A DNA stretch of 62,527 bases from Candidatus Hydrogenedens sp. (GTDB taxonomy: Bacteria; Hydrogenedentota; Hydrogenedentia; Hydrogenedentales; Hydrogenedentaceae), in NCBI GenBank assembly GCA_049968235.1, contig JBMFRC010000017.1, forward strand, positions 1 through 62,527, in the 5' to 3' direction. Below the pieces are notes generated by a model. The model had not been told where the DNA came from and searched no databases. It saw nothing but the letters and a program-made list of their open reading frames with translations. Every line of letters starts with the position of its first letter. Within the stretch, counting starts at the first letter, position 1. Shown here in pieces: positions 47,110-56,866 of the stretch. Made by a program: the position numbers and the translations under genes.

Positions 47110-50100
47110 ATGAAAATTTATGTGCTCAAAAGTAGTATTGGTCTTTTGTTCGTATTTGCTGTGTGTATGCTGATACTAACATTAGACGCACATACTCAGA
47201 CTTCTTCGGCATATTATGTCGGAGACCCAAATGGTCCGGATTTGAATGCACCCAGTGGTTCAACACTGGTATTTAATACGGATGCATTGACCATGACAGG
47301 ACAAAATGGAGCAACGCCATTCAGTCATAATGCAAGTAATGAAGGTGGTGTTGCCGTTTATAGGTTTAAAAATGTCAATATTTCGACAGGTGTGACAATA
47401 AATGTATTAGGTTCAAGACCATTAGCTTTATCAGCCTATCGAGATATGTCAATTGCCTCCTCATTTAATGTAAATGGTTCAGTAGCGGGTCGTTCTGGTG
47501 GTGGTGTTGGCGGAAGTGGTGGTGTTGGGGGAGCAGGTCGCCCTGGTGGTTCAACGGCGGGTGCTGGTGGTGCGGGGGGGCCAGGCAGACCCGGTGGACC
47601 CGGTGCAGATTCTTTCTGGCAACAGGGACAACCCGGTCAAAATGGTGTAGGAGGTTCAGATGGTTCTCCTGGTCAAAATGGTTTTGCAGGTCAGAACGGT
47701 GGTGCAGGTGAGCCAGGTACTTTTGGATTTGGAACACAGGGGGGTCCTTCTGGAGGCACATTAGGTCAGGGTGGAACGGTAGGTGGTGCAGGTGCTCAAA
47801 ATGGAGTGGGTTCAACAGCAGTTGGTACTTTAGGTGGAGGTGGTAGTACAAGTTTCCCTCATGGTAGTAATGGTGGAAATGGAACAAATGCAAATTCATC
47901 TTTACCGGGAACAAATGGACAAAATGGACAGGCAGGTGAAAGTGGGAAAAATGGTGGAGATGGTTATAGTGGTGTTTTTAATGTTCCTGTTAATACATTA
48001 GATTTATTCGGTGGTGCTGGTGGAGGCGGAGGTGGAGGCGGAGGTGGAGGTCAAGGTGGTGGTCAAGGTGGTGGTGGAGGTGGTGGTGCTAGCGGAGGTA
48101 GTGGTGGTGGCGGTGGTGCAGGTGAGTATCTTGCGGACCGTGCAAATGGAGGTAGTGGTGGAGCCAGTGGAAAAGGTGGTGATGGTGGAAGAGGTGGTAA
48201 TGGAGGTGTTGGCGGAAGTGGAGGTAACGGTGGTAATGGAGCAAATGGTGGTGGTGCAATAATACTTTCTGCTCGTGGTTTATTAAGAGTTCCATCCCTT
48301 ATGACCGTAGATGTTTCCTGTACATCCCCTACAACAGGTTCTTCCGGTTCTCTTGCCCCTGCATTAGGGCAACCAGGTGGTCCTCAAGTAGGGTATCCAT
48401 CTACGGGAAGAGGTTTTGGACAGGCAGGTGGTGAAGGTCAAGTAATTAATTTGTTGTTATTTACCATTGAAGGAGGAGATGGCGGTAGAGGTGGAGATGG
48501 AAATTTAGGTGGTGCAGGTGGAAATGGAGCGGTAGGTGGTAACGGTGGTTCCGGTGGGAACGGTGGATATGCAACTCCGGGTATGGTTAAACTACATGGT
48601 TCTATTGTTATTGCCAATAATCTTGTTGTAACAGCAGGAGGAGCCAGAGATGCTTCTGCTGAGAATAATGGAAAATTAACACTAATTTCTAATATGAATG
48701 ATACATTGATTAATGCATATCAGCCGAATACTTCCCTTTCAACACCTACATTAGTTCGCGGTTCAACAACAAATCCTGCTATTCAAGGGATTTCTAATTT
48801 TACAGATGAAATTAGATTTCCTAATCATTATTATAAACATCCATTTATTCCGCAATTACTTCAAGGACCTTCCGTTGAAGGACTTTTACAGTCTCCATAC
48901 TGGAATGAGAGTTTTGTGAATGCTATAACACCCAATCAAGTTATTCCTGCTGGGGCACCGCCAATGACCCCAAGAGTAGTATTAAAAAGACTTAATTATG
49001 GATATGGAAATAATTACAGTCCATTTAAAGAGTTTGACCAGATTGTTGTTATCAATGAATCTTCAACACAAACATTTTCAGGTTTATATTTGAAAGTAGA
49101 TAATGCTACAGCGAATCCTCCTGCAACTCCGAAGAAAATTAATAATGGTACAGGAGAACTGGCACCGGGACAAATCTGGACAACGACAGTTCCGTATGAT
49201 GCTCAGGTAACATTATTACAATTGGCACAGATAACTCAGCAACCTACGGATGTCGCTGTTTGGCCCGGTGGTTATGCGCAATTTAGTGTTGTTGCCCAAA
49301 GTTCATCATCGATTGATTATCAGTGGTTCCGTAATACAGATGGAACATTCAGAGAGATAATAGGTGCTACAAATAGTTCGTATGAAATTTTAACTGTATC
49401 CGAAGCATTACAGGGATGGTATCGAGTACGTCTCAGAAATAATGCCGGAGATGTATTTTCAAGAGATGCTTTCCTGAATGTTCTTGAAGCACCCATTATT
49501 ACTCAACATCCGCAGGATGTAAATGAGTATCCTAATATGTTGGTTTCGTTTAATGTGGAAACATTGAAGCCTACAGACCCACCTCCTGCCCCGGGTATTG
49601 ACCCATCTATTGATTATACAATAGTAAGTCGTGGGTATCAGTGGCAGTTTGCTCCACAGTTAGAACCGCCTGAATTACCTCCTGAAACAGTTCCACCAAG
49701 TGAAAATTTCTATGATTTGCCGGGGGCTGATGCAAGAGAAAAAACATATAATATTGCATCAATAAGTGAGGCAAATCAAGGGTGGTATCGAGTTAAAGTA
49801 ATGAATGATACGGGAACCGCTATATCAAATCCAGCAAAGTTAAATGTCTATGATGGTGTTCGAATTTTAGAACAACCTACAAGTATATCCGCACCACCCC
49901 ATGCTAATGTTACATTCCAGACACGGGTAACGGGTGCGTTACCTATTTGGTGGCAATGGCAAGTAGCTCCATCTACAAATGGTCCATGGACAAATATTCC
50001 TGGACAAACCGGTTCGTATCCAATAGGAACTTCACCGAGTGGTAATCCACCAGGATTTACAATTACTGCTAATATCCTTGATGTTACAGCAAACGCGTAT

Positions 50101-51546
50101 TATCGTTGTAAAGTATTTAATGGCGGGAATCTATTAGGAGTTCTTACAGACCCAGCCTATTTAGAAATTCGTGACCCGGCTATTATGGTTCAGCCGACAT
50201 CTAAATCTGTAAATCCGGGACAGGCTGTAAACTTTGTCGTTTCGGCAGGTGGCTCAGGTGTCCTGACTTATAGATGGTATTTCTTCCCTGCAGATTTAGA
50301 TGGAGAAACAATGCCTCCTCCTCCGAATGTATGTGATTTACCTCAGCCATGTGCAGAGAATATTATATACCAAGGCTCAGGTTCTTCTTATGCAATCTAT
50401 AATATTTATGGTCCCCCAATAGGACCAGGTGCACAAGAATCCAACGAAGGTTATTACTATGTCCGTGTGGATAATTCAATGGGACATGTAGAGTCTGTCG
50501 TTGTTTACTTGAAAGTTAATGACCCACCTACAATTATAACTCAACCTGCTAATGATCAAGTGGATGAAGGTGGTGCTACGACATTGTCTGTAACTGCATA
50601 TAGCGGAACAAATGTTACATATCAGTGGCGATTGAATGGTATAAACCTTACAAGTGATGGAGTTCATATATTTGGAGCAACACTTAATGCATTACCGGGT
50701 ACCACAACAAGTACACTACAAATACTTGGTGCTCGTATAGAAGATGAAGGCTATTATGATGTTGTAATTACAAACTCTGCAGGTTATGTAATTTCTAATC
50801 AAGCTTACTTAATTGTTGGTGACCCATTGGAAATAGTAGAAACAGAGAATCCGGGCAAAGCATATATAAATTCGCCGGAAGTCCGGTTGAGTGTAACAAC
50901 ACAAGGTGGAAAGGGCACAAGAACCTATCAATGGTATAAGAATGGCACAGGTCCTTCGAATGCAATTGGCAGTCCTATTTTAAGTAATGCAGACCCATAC
51001 ACTGCATATCTGACTTTGTATGATGTTACCCTTGCAGATTCCGGTATCTACTACTGCAGTATCACGGATGCCCGGGGAACTCTTTGGACACCCGCGTTGC
51101 AGTTAACTATTTATGAACATTTGTCAACACCAATTATTGCCGGTGACCCAGAGGTAGAGAAGAAAGTCGGAGAATCGTATACATTTGAAGTAATCGTAAG
51201 TGGTGGTGTCCCACCGTTACATTACTTATGGCAACATGATGACCTGAATACAAAGACTGTTTATACAGTTGGAGGCGATTCTTCAATATTAACTCTTAAT
51301 GACCTACAGGTTACAGATTCCGGTGACTATTATGTTGTTGTGAGTGATAGCGGTGAAACATGGAATGAAGAAACACAACAATATGAACCCGAAACTAAGG
51401 TATCCAATCGGATACGATTGAATGTATCTCCAGAAATTCCTGCGGGAAATGTGTTTGGATATATTATCCTTGTGATGCTTATTACAATAATGGGTGTATA
51501 TGCAGTGAAACGGTTTGAAAGAAGACCGAAAAAACAGCACAGTTAG
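47110..51546 (+). CDS. Giant (1478 aa) secreted, C-terminally membrane-anchored protein: paralogous Gly-rich N-terminal region plus seven I-set Ig-like repeats.
   Basis: Strong Shine-Dalgarno AGGAGG. Signal/TM LLFVFAVCMLILTL. Block VAVYRFKNVNISTGVTINVLGSRPLALSAYRDMSI paralogous to the 44772 gene. GGxGG tract. ATPGMVKLHGS...NGKLTLISNM. Seven repeats of Y(Q/R)W...NG...G.Y.(C/V).(V/I).N..G (for example YQWFRNTDG...GWYRVRLRNNAGDV; YQWRLNG...GYYDVVITNSAGYV). C-terminus SPEIPAGNVFGYIILVMLITIMGVYAVKRFERRPKKQHS (TM plus basic tail). Confidence 0.75.
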   Translation: MKIYVLKSSIGLLFVFAVCMLILTLDAHTQTSSAYYVGDPNGPDLNAPSGSTLVFNTDALTMTGQNGATPFSHNASNEGGVAVYRFKNVNISTGVTINVLGSRPLALSAYRDMSIASSFNVNGSVAGRSGGGVGGSGGVGGAGRPGGSTAGAGGAGGPGRPGGPGADSFWQQGQPGQNGVGGSDGSPGQNGFAGQNGGAGEPGTFGFGTQGGPSGGTLGQGGTVGGAGAQNGVGSTAVGTLGGGGSTSFPHGSNGGNGTNANSSLPGTNGQNGQAGESGKNGGDGYSGVFNVPVNTLDLFGGAGGGGGGGGGGGQGGGQGGGGGGGASGGSGGGGGAGEYLADRANGGSGGASGKGGDGGRGGNGGVGGSGGNGGNGANGGGAIILSARGLLRVPSLMTVDVSCTSPTTGSSGSLAPALGQPGGPQVGYPSTGRGFGQAGGEGQVINLLLFTIEGGDGGRGGDGNLGGAGGNGAVGGNGGSGGNGGYATPGMVKLHGSIVIANNLVVTAGGARDASAENNGKLTLISNMNDTLINAYQPNTSLSTPTLVRGSTTNPAIQGISNFTDEIRFPNHYYKHPFIPQLLQGPSVEGLLQSPYWNESFVNAITPNQVIPAGAPPMTPRVVLKRLNYGYGNNYSPFKEFDQIVVINESSTQTFSGLYLKVDNATANPPATPKKINNGTGELAPGQIWTTTVPYDAQVTLLQLAQITQQPTDVAVWPGGYAQFSVVAQSSSSIDYQWFRNTDGTFREIIGATNSSYEILTVSEALQGWYRVRLRNNAGDVFSRDAFLNVLEAPIITQHPQDVNEYPNMLVSFNVETLKPTDPPPAPGIDPSIDYTIVSRGYQWQFAPQLEPPELPPETVPPSENFYDLPGADAREKTYNIASISEANQGWYRVKVMNDTGTAISNPAKLNVYDGVRILEQPTSISAPPHANVTFQTRVTGALPIWWQWQVAPSTNGPWTNIPGQTGSYPIGTSPSGNPPGFTITANILDVTANAYYRCKVFNGGNLLGVLTDPAYLEIRDPAIMVQPTSKSVNPGQAVNFVVSAGGSGVLTYRWYFFPADLDGETMPPPPNVCDLPQPCAENIIYQGSGSSYAIYNIYGPPIGPGAQESNEGYYYVRVDNSMGHVESVVVYLKVNDPPTIITQPANDQVDEGGATTLSVTAYSGTNVTYQWRLNGINLTSDGVHIFGATLNALPGTTTSTLQILGARIEDEGYYDVVITNSAGYVISNQAYLIVGDPLEIVETENPGKAYINSPEVRLSVTTQGGKGTRTYQWYKNGTGPSNAIGSPILSNADPYTAYLTLYDVTLADSGIYYCSITDARGTLWTPALQLTIYEHLSTPIIAGDPEVEKKVGESYTFEVIVSGGVPPLHYLWQHDDLNTKTVYTVGGDSSILTLNDLQVTDSGDYYVVVSDSGETWNEETQQYEPETKVSNRIRLNVSPEIPAGNVFGYIILVMLITIMGVYAVKRFERRPKKQHS
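48000..48125 (+). repeat. (GGN)n glycine-codon tract inside the 47110 gene.
   Basis: ggtggtgctggtggaggcggaggtggaggcggaggtggaggtcaaggtggtggtcaaggtggtggtggaggtggtggtgctagcggaggtagtggtggtggcggtggtgca. Confidence 0.8.
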
Positions 51547-51575
51547 GTATTGAAAAAATCAAAGTGAATAGCAAG

Positions 51576-51614
51576 GTCTGCTGGATACAAAATGTCCAGC
51601 AGACTTTCTTTATT
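51576..51614 (+). terminator. Rho-independent terminator after the 1478-aa gene.
   Basis: GTCTGCTGGA-tacaaaatg-TCCAGCAGAC perfect 10-bp stem followed by TTTCTTTATT. Confidence 0.7.
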
Positions 51615-51647
51615 AATACCCATAATGTAATTCAGAAAGGTTAAGAT

Positions 51648-53063
51648 ATGCTTATTATGATTAATTTTATATTTTATTTTTCGATGTTCATTTTCAATGG
51701 AATAGAAACAATTTCAGAAGAAATTAGACTCTTGCCTGTTTATCAATTAACTTTTTCAGCGAAAAATCATGAATTAGACAATAACGATAATTTTTCGTAT
51801 GATGACAGATTTATTTGTTATGACACGAGAGGAAGTTTAGGTTATGGGATAGAAAATTGTACAAGTATTGAAATAGTAGAAATCTCAACAGGGAAAGAGA
51901 TAAAAATATATCAACCTAATAAAATACGATTAGGTACAAAACCTGCTCCGGGAATTGGTGCTGTTTCATTTCATCCACAAGAATATTCATTAGTTTTCAT
52001 TCACGGTCCTGAAATTCAAAATTTATATAATCCCATTCAAATTGAAGATATTTATTCAAAAACAAATCGGCGAGGTTGTATTATTTCTCTAAGTGAAGAT
52101 TTAATCGTAAAAAACAGAACTTGGGTTGATTTCAGGTCCGTTTCTTGTGATACAGAAATTCCGCCAGGGGCACAAAGGGGAGGGTCACATCGACATGAAT
52201 ATTCACTGAATGGTAAAAGGATAGGTTGTACTTATGATGATAAATTACTACCACAGTATGGCAGGACAATCGCATATTTTGAAAAAACAGATACATTATT
52301 ACCCAATGCAAGTTATTATTTTGCTCTACTTGTTAAAGTAGTGCCACCAGAACTCGCAAAAGAGGGCGATTTTGTTAAGGCTTTGGGTGACTCATGGGTT
52401 GACCCGGAAGGGAAAATGAGAGCATTTATTGGGACTATCAAAGAAGGAGAAAACTTTGTAGATTATTTGTGCATTGTTGAAATACCCGAAGATGTAGATA
52501 TTCAATCTTCAAAATCTGGAAGTTGTATAGAATATCCTGAACCTCCGAAAGGGCTTAATGTATATAAAATCACAAAAGTAAACTGCTCAGGGATTGTTCG
52601 TTGTTCTTATGATGGTAAAAGAATAGCCTATCTTGATAAAGATATAAATGGGAAAACTCAAATTTTTATGATAACAAAGAAAAAAGAAGATGAGAGAAAA
52701 TCATTTGAATATTCACAACCTATTCAAGTTACATTTTTGCCTAATGGTGTTGAAGATAATATGAGATGGCATCCTTCTAACAATATAATATTTTCGATTA
52801 GCGAAGGGGCCATTATTGCTGTATATGTTAAGGAAGGAAAAAATTTCGGAAAATCTATTTTTATTACACCAAAATATAAGATAAATAAGCCATATGCATT
52901 AGTAGTATCGAGAAAAGGAGAGTATTTAGCCTTTAACCGCTGTGTTCCAACTTATGATGAAAGGGGTGTAAGATTGTTTTCAACAGAAGGTAAGGATTTT
53001 TCTCAGATATTTTTACTGAGATTCAAAGGTGGTGATACAGATATTTTTACTCATATAGAGTAA
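51648..53063 (+). CDS. Hypothetical TolB-like beta-propeller protein (PD40-like repeats).
   Basis: FSYDDRFICYDTRGS and CSYDGKRIAYLDKDINGKTQIFMI resemble PD40 / WD40-like beta-propeller repeats. N-terminal hydrophobic segment. 471 aa. Confidence 0.4.
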   Translation: MLIMINFIFYFSMFIFNGIETISEEIRLLPVYQLTFSAKNHELDNNDNFSYDDRFICYDTRGSLGYGIENCTSIEIVEISTGKEIKIYQPNKIRLGTKPAPGIGAVSFHPQEYSLVFIHGPEIQNLYNPIQIEDIYSKTNRRGCIISLSEDLIVKNRTWVDFRSVSCDTEIPPGAQRGGSHRHEYSLNGKRIGCTYDDKLLPQYGRTIAYFEKTDTLLPNASYYFALLVKVVPPELAKEGDFVKALGDSWVDPEGKMRAFIGTIKEGENFVDYLCIVEIPEDVDIQSSKSGSCIEYPEPPKGLNVYKITKVNCSGIVRCSYDGKRIAYLDKDINGKTQIFMITKKKEDERKSFEYSQPIQVTFLPNGVEDNMRWHPSNNIIFSISEGAIIAVYVKEGKNFGKSIFITPKYKINKPYALVVSRKGEYLAFNRCVPTYDERGVRLFSTEGKDFSQIFLLRFKGGDTDIFTHIE

Positions 53064-53076
53064 AATACAATGGTAT

Positions 53077-53814
53077 TTATTGGGATATAATTTTTTGAAT
53101 TATAATACCTGCGGAAGTTAAACCAAAGATACCTGGAATATAAGAAATACTTCCAATCGCTTGTTTTTTTGCATCGCTATGTATTGTTGTGTTTTTATTA
53201 AAATCGTTATTTATGTATATTTGTTTCGGGGTCTCTGTGGAAAAAACACAGGTTATACCATTGATTATACCTCGTTTTTTTAATTCTACTCGAACATTTT
53301 TAGCTAATGGACAGGTATGAGTCTTTGAAATATCCCTTATTGTAATAGATGAAGGGTCTACTTTCATTCCTGCACCCATACATGCAACTGTAAAAATTTT
53401 TTCTTTATATAGTGAGACTAACAAATCTATTTTGGAATGGAGAGTATCAATAGCATCTATAGCAAAATGGAAGTCTTTTTTAATAATTTCTAATATGTTT
53501 TCTGAATTAACAAATGTAGAAAATTTATGTATAGTAACTTCAGGATTAATTTTTAACATTCGTTCTTCCGCTATATCTACTTTATGTCTACCTATATCGG
53601 GATAAGTTGCTAAAATTTGTCTGTTTATATTAGACTCCTCAATTTGGTCAAAGTCAACGATGGTGATCGTTCCTATCCCCGCTCTTACGAGGGCTTCTAA
53701 TGCGTATGAGCCAACTCCTCCCAGACCAAATACTGCCACATGGGCAGATTGTAATTTTGTAAATTTTTCTTTTCCTAATAAGGTAATTGTTCTTTCTGAA
53801 AAATTCCTTTCCAT
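53077..53814 (-). CDS. tcdA: tRNA threonylcarbamoyladenosine dehydratase TcdA (CsdL), ThiF-family E1-like.
   Basis: LQSAHVAVFGLGGVGSYALEALVRAGIGTITIVDFDQIEESNINRQ. DAIDTLHSKIDLLVSLYKEKIFTVACMGAG. CVFSTE near the C-terminus. Very close to E. coli TcdA architecture. Confidence 0.8.
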   Translation of the reverse strand: MERNFSERTITLLGKEKFTKLQSAHVAVFGLGGVGSYALEALVRAGIGTITIVDFDQIEESNINRQILATYPDIGRHKVDIAEERMLKINPEVTIHKFSTFVNSENILEIIKKDFHFAIDAIDTLHSKIDLLVSLYKEKIFTVACMGAGMKVDPSSITIRDISKTHTCPLAKNVRVELKKRGIINGITCVFSTETPKQIYINNDFNKNTTIHSDAKKQAIGSISYIPGIFGLTSAGIIIQKIISQ

Positions 53815-53935
53815 GGTTTTAATACCCTTAAATTTTTTTATTATAGGAATAAAAAAAGCATAAATTTCGTTTTTTGTGAACGAAACTAAAACATTAGTTA
53901 GTTTAACACGAAACCAAAATAAAGGAGAAAATAAT

Positions 53936-54553
53936 ATGTCCTATCAATTGCCTACATTACCTTATGCGTATGATGCTTTAGAACCCCATATAGATACGAG
54001 GACGATGGAGATACACCATCAGAAGCATCACGGAACCTATGTGGATACTGTCAATAAGGCATTAGAGACATTACCTCAGTTTACCAGTCTATCTGTAGAA
54101 AGTTTATTAAGTCGTATAAAAGAAGTTCCTGAGGAAAAAAGACAGGTTGTTATTAATCATGGGGGTGGACATGCCAATCACAGTTTATTCTGGGAAATTA
54201 TGTCCCCTAAAGGAGGTGGACAGCCTAAAGATGACCTATTAAAGGCAATCGAGAAACAGTTTGGAAGTTACTTGTCATTTAAGGAAACATTTGAAAATTC
54301 AGCAAAAACACGATTTGGTAGCGGTTGGGCATGGCTTGTTGTTGACCCTGCAGATGGTGGACTTAAAGTTTACAGTACAGCCAATCAAGATTCGCCGATA
54401 TTACAGGGACATATTCCTATTTTAGGCCTGGATGTATGGGAGCATGCTTATTATCTGAAATATCAGAATCGACGTCCTGAATATATTTCTGCTTTTTGGA
54501 ATGTTGTTTATTGGGATAAGGTATACGAATTCTGGAAACAAGCTTTGAAATAA
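53936..54553 (+). CDS. Fe/Mn-family superoxide dismutase.
   Basis: [34 protein letters not shown] and DVWEHAYYL (metal ligands). Shine-Dalgarno AAGGAG 8 nt upstream of ATG 53936. The track start at 53876 adds 20 unlikely residues. Confidence 0.9.
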   Translation: MSYQLPTLPYAYDALEPHIDTRTMEIHHQKHHGTYVDTVNKALETLPQFTSLSVESLLSRIKEVPEEKRQVVINHGGGHANHSLFWEIMSPKGGGQPKDDLLKAIEKQFGSYLSFKETFENSAKTRFGSGWAWLVVDPADGGLKVYSTANQDSPILQGHIPILGLDVWEHAYYLKYQNRRPEYISAFWNVVYWDKVYEFWKQALK

Positions 54554-54590
54554 AAATATGAAATAAATAATAGAAGGGAAAAAGCATGTA

Positions 54591-55466
54591 TTATTCTATG
54601 CTCTTTTCTTTTTTTATGTTTAATATAAACTCACTTATTTTTGTAGATACAAGGTCCCGTTCATGGTCCCAAAAAATTACATGGTCGGAATTCTCCAACC
54701 ATATCACTTCTTTTTGTTGAGATTGAATTTTTTCAAAGACCTGAGAAACAGCATCAGGAGATGCGACACTATCCCTTTTAGAATGAATTATTAGAGTAGG
54801 GCAGGTAATTTGTGCTAATATGGCATCCCTTTTTGCCCTTTCTGCGATTTCCATAGCAACAAGCCCTGCTTTTGAAGGAATCCAATGGTAGGATATAATT
54901 TTTTCAGCCACTTCTCTGCGTAATATCGGTTGCTGTTCTGGTGGTATGTATACCCATCGAACGAACGGGGATAAATACTGTATCCATTTTTCAGGTGGTA
55001 ATAAAAGTTTGGGATTTGGTGTTATTCCGTAGTAAGGGCTGGCAAGTATTAATCCATCAAAATTTGTTTTTGCATAAGAGAGTGTAGCTAAAGCTCCCCC
55101 CATAGAATGCCCTAAAACAATTACAGTTTTATACAATTTCTTCAAATTAATAATATTATCAATTACTGATTCTAAAAGGATATCTACAGATACTTTTTCA
55201 AAATCTATTGGAGAAGTTCCATGTCCAGGTAAGAGAATGGTTTTGACAAAAATATCTAATTCCGCAAGTTTATAGGGTAAGTTTTCAAAATTATTAGGAC
55301 AACCTGCAAAACCGTGAACCATTAATAATGCAGTATTTGAATATTGATTACCTAATTCTAACGGTTCAGCCCCTTTCAGTATCTTTGTAGAAGGGTTTCG
55401 GGGTAATTGTAAGTCATAATTTTTAACTTTTCTTGAACTGAAAAAAGCAAGGTCAAATTTAGGCAT
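54591..55466 (-). CDS. Alpha/beta-hydrolase-fold esterase/lipase.
   Basis: LLMVHGFAG (oxyanion-hole region). VLGHSMGGALAT (GxSxG nucleophile elbow). 291 aa. Confidence 0.75.
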   Translation of the reverse strand: MPKFDLAFFSSRKVKNYDLQLPRNPSTKILKGAEPLELGNQYSNTALLMVHGFAGCPNNFENLPYKLAELDIFVKTILLPGHGTSPIDFEKVSVDILLESVIDNIINLKKLYKTVIVLGHSMGGALATLSYAKTNFDGLILASPYYGITPNPKLLLPPEKWIQYLSPFVRWVYIPPEQQPILRREVAEKIISYHWIPSKAGLVAMEIAERAKRDAILAQITCPTLIIHSKRDSVASPDAVSQVFEKIQSQQKEVIWLENSDHVIFWDHERDLVSTKISEFILNIKKEKSIE

Positions 55467-55505
55467 TAGATATTTCCTAACTAATCATATAGATTTTATG
55501 TTTAT

Positions 55506-56150
55506 TTATATATAAACATATGGGCTTATAAGGGAGAAAGGCGGATTTGGCTTATAACATGCACCATAGAAGAATAAGTCAACCAACCCTTCTGCTAATT
55601 CCGGGGTGAGGTGTAATTCTGGTCTATCTGATTTTGCCATAACATGCATATCCATGATACCGAGGAAAGCAAGAGTGAGAGCCCTTGCGTCTCCTCCGGA
55701 TAAATCTGCTTTTTCCAGACCTTCTTTCATAATTGATTCGATAATTTTGAAACGTTGTCTTCCTATATCACTTCCTCGAATAGGAGGGGCAGAACGAATG
55801 GGGGCAAAATATACATGTAAAATAAGACGAACAGACTGAAGGTCCTTTTCCGCCATTTCAAAAGTAGCACGAATAATTGCTTTTAATTTTCCTATTGTAT
55901 CGGAGTAATTTTGTTTTATATATATCATTTTTTCTAAAAGTTGTTTTACAATAGATTCCACCAGTTTTCGGAATAAATCTTCTTTGTTCTGGAAGTAGTA
56001 ATATAAGACGGGGCGAGTAACACCAGCATCCTCAATAATTTCTCTTATACTTGTTCCTTCATATCCTTTTTCAGAGAAAAGTTTTAGGGCGCTTTTTAGC
56101 AACCGTTCTTCAGTAGAAAAGTTTTGTTCGTTAATTTGTTCAATAGCCAT
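55506..56150 (-). CDS. TetR/AcrR-family transcriptional regulator.
   Basis: N-terminal HTH LLKSALKLFSEKGYEGTSIREIIEDAGVTRPVLYYYFQNKEDLF. Confidence 0.85.
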   Translation of the reverse strand: MAIEQINEQNFSTEERLLKSALKLFSEKGYEGTSIREIIEDAGVTRPVLYYYFQNKEDLFRKLVESIVKQLLEKMIYIKQNYSDTIGKLKAIIRATFEMAEKDLQSVRLILHVYFAPIRSAPPIRGSDIGRQRFKIIESIMKEGLEKADLSGGDARALTLAFLGIMDMHVMAKSDRPELHLTPELAEGLVDLFFYGACYKPNPPFSLISPYVYI

Positions 56151-56245
56151 TTCTAAGCCCTTTAACTAACGGTCGTTATATTAATTTCTACTATTATATC
56201 ACTTTTTTGCTTATTTTGATAATTTTTTACTTTTTGACTACATAG

Positions 56246-56845
56246 TTATGGATATAAATTGACCCGTTCCCAGTTATTGAAATCTATATCATTTCTAAAA
56301 TAAAGCACTCGTTCATGCAAGCGGTAAGGTTTTTTCTGCCAAAATTCAATCTCTAATGGGATGAGTCGATATCCTCCCCAGAAAGGAGGGCGATGAACTT
56401 TTGAAATTCCAAACTGAGTAAGATATTTAGCCACTCTTTTTTTCAATTCATATCTGTTAGATAGAATTTGTGATTGTTTAGAAGCCCATGCACCTATTTG
56501 AGATAGGCGGTCTCTTGAATTAAAGTATTGGTCTGATTTCTCTTCTTCAACTTTTTCTACATTTCCTCGGATACGAATTTGTTTGCCAAGTTCGTGCCAG
56601 TAAAAACAAAGGCCTGCTCTTGGATTTGTTTGAATTTGCAGACTTTTTTTGCTGGTATAATTAGTGTAAAAGATAAAACCATCATTATCCCATTGTTTGA
56701 CTAAAACTATTCGAATATCAGGGTTACCATCGGGGGTCGAAGTTGCCAGTCCAGCAGAGACGGCGTATTCGATATCTAATTTTTGTTTTGCTTCTTCATA
56801 CCATTGCTCAAATACTTTAAAAGGATTATCCTCTGCCGGAATCAT
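56246..56845 (-). CDS. pdxH: Pyridoxamine 5-prime-phosphate oxidase.
   Basis: 199 aa. RIVLVK...GFIFYTNYTSKK...RIRG. IEFWQKKPYRLHERVLYFR. C-terminal WERVNLYP, typical of PdxH. Confidence 0.8.
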   Translation of the reverse strand: MIPAEDNPFKVFEQWYEEAKQKLDIEYAVSAGLATSTPDGNPDIRIVLVKQWDNDGFIFYTNYTSKKSLQIQTNPRAGLCFYWHELGKQIRIRGNVEKVEEEKSDQYFNSRDRLSQIGAWASKQSQILSNRYELKKRVAKYLTQFGISKVHRPPFWGGYRLIPLEIEFWQKKPYRLHERVLYFRNDIDFNNWERVNLYP

Positions 56846-56866
56846 ATTTTTATTTATTGTATAAGT

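Noticed and set aside
45440-48125. Tandem short repeats considered as a possible CRISPR array.
   Set aside because: The repeats are 3-6 nt codon-level (GGN/GAAGG) with no 25-40-nt repeat-spacer periodicity. They are in-frame coding low complexity.
47465-48295. Minus-strand ORFs 47465..47914 and 48089..48295 (His/Leu/Pro-rich) and plus-strand ORF 48011..48262 (Val/Glu-rich).
   Set aside because: Alternative-frame and antisense translations of the Gly-codon low-complexity DNA inside the 47110 gene, not genes.
51490-51546. C-terminus of the 1478-aa protein as a bona fide PEP-CTERM sorting signal.
   Set aside because: The sequence has SPEIPAG, not the PEP tripeptide. It is kept only as 'sorting-signal-like'.
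54571-54615. Imperfect inverted repeat GAAAAAGCAT…ATGCTCTTTTC after sod.
   Set aside because: The stem is interrupted by a bulge and overlaps the stop codon of the convergent hydrolase gene. Low confidence, so not listed as a feature.
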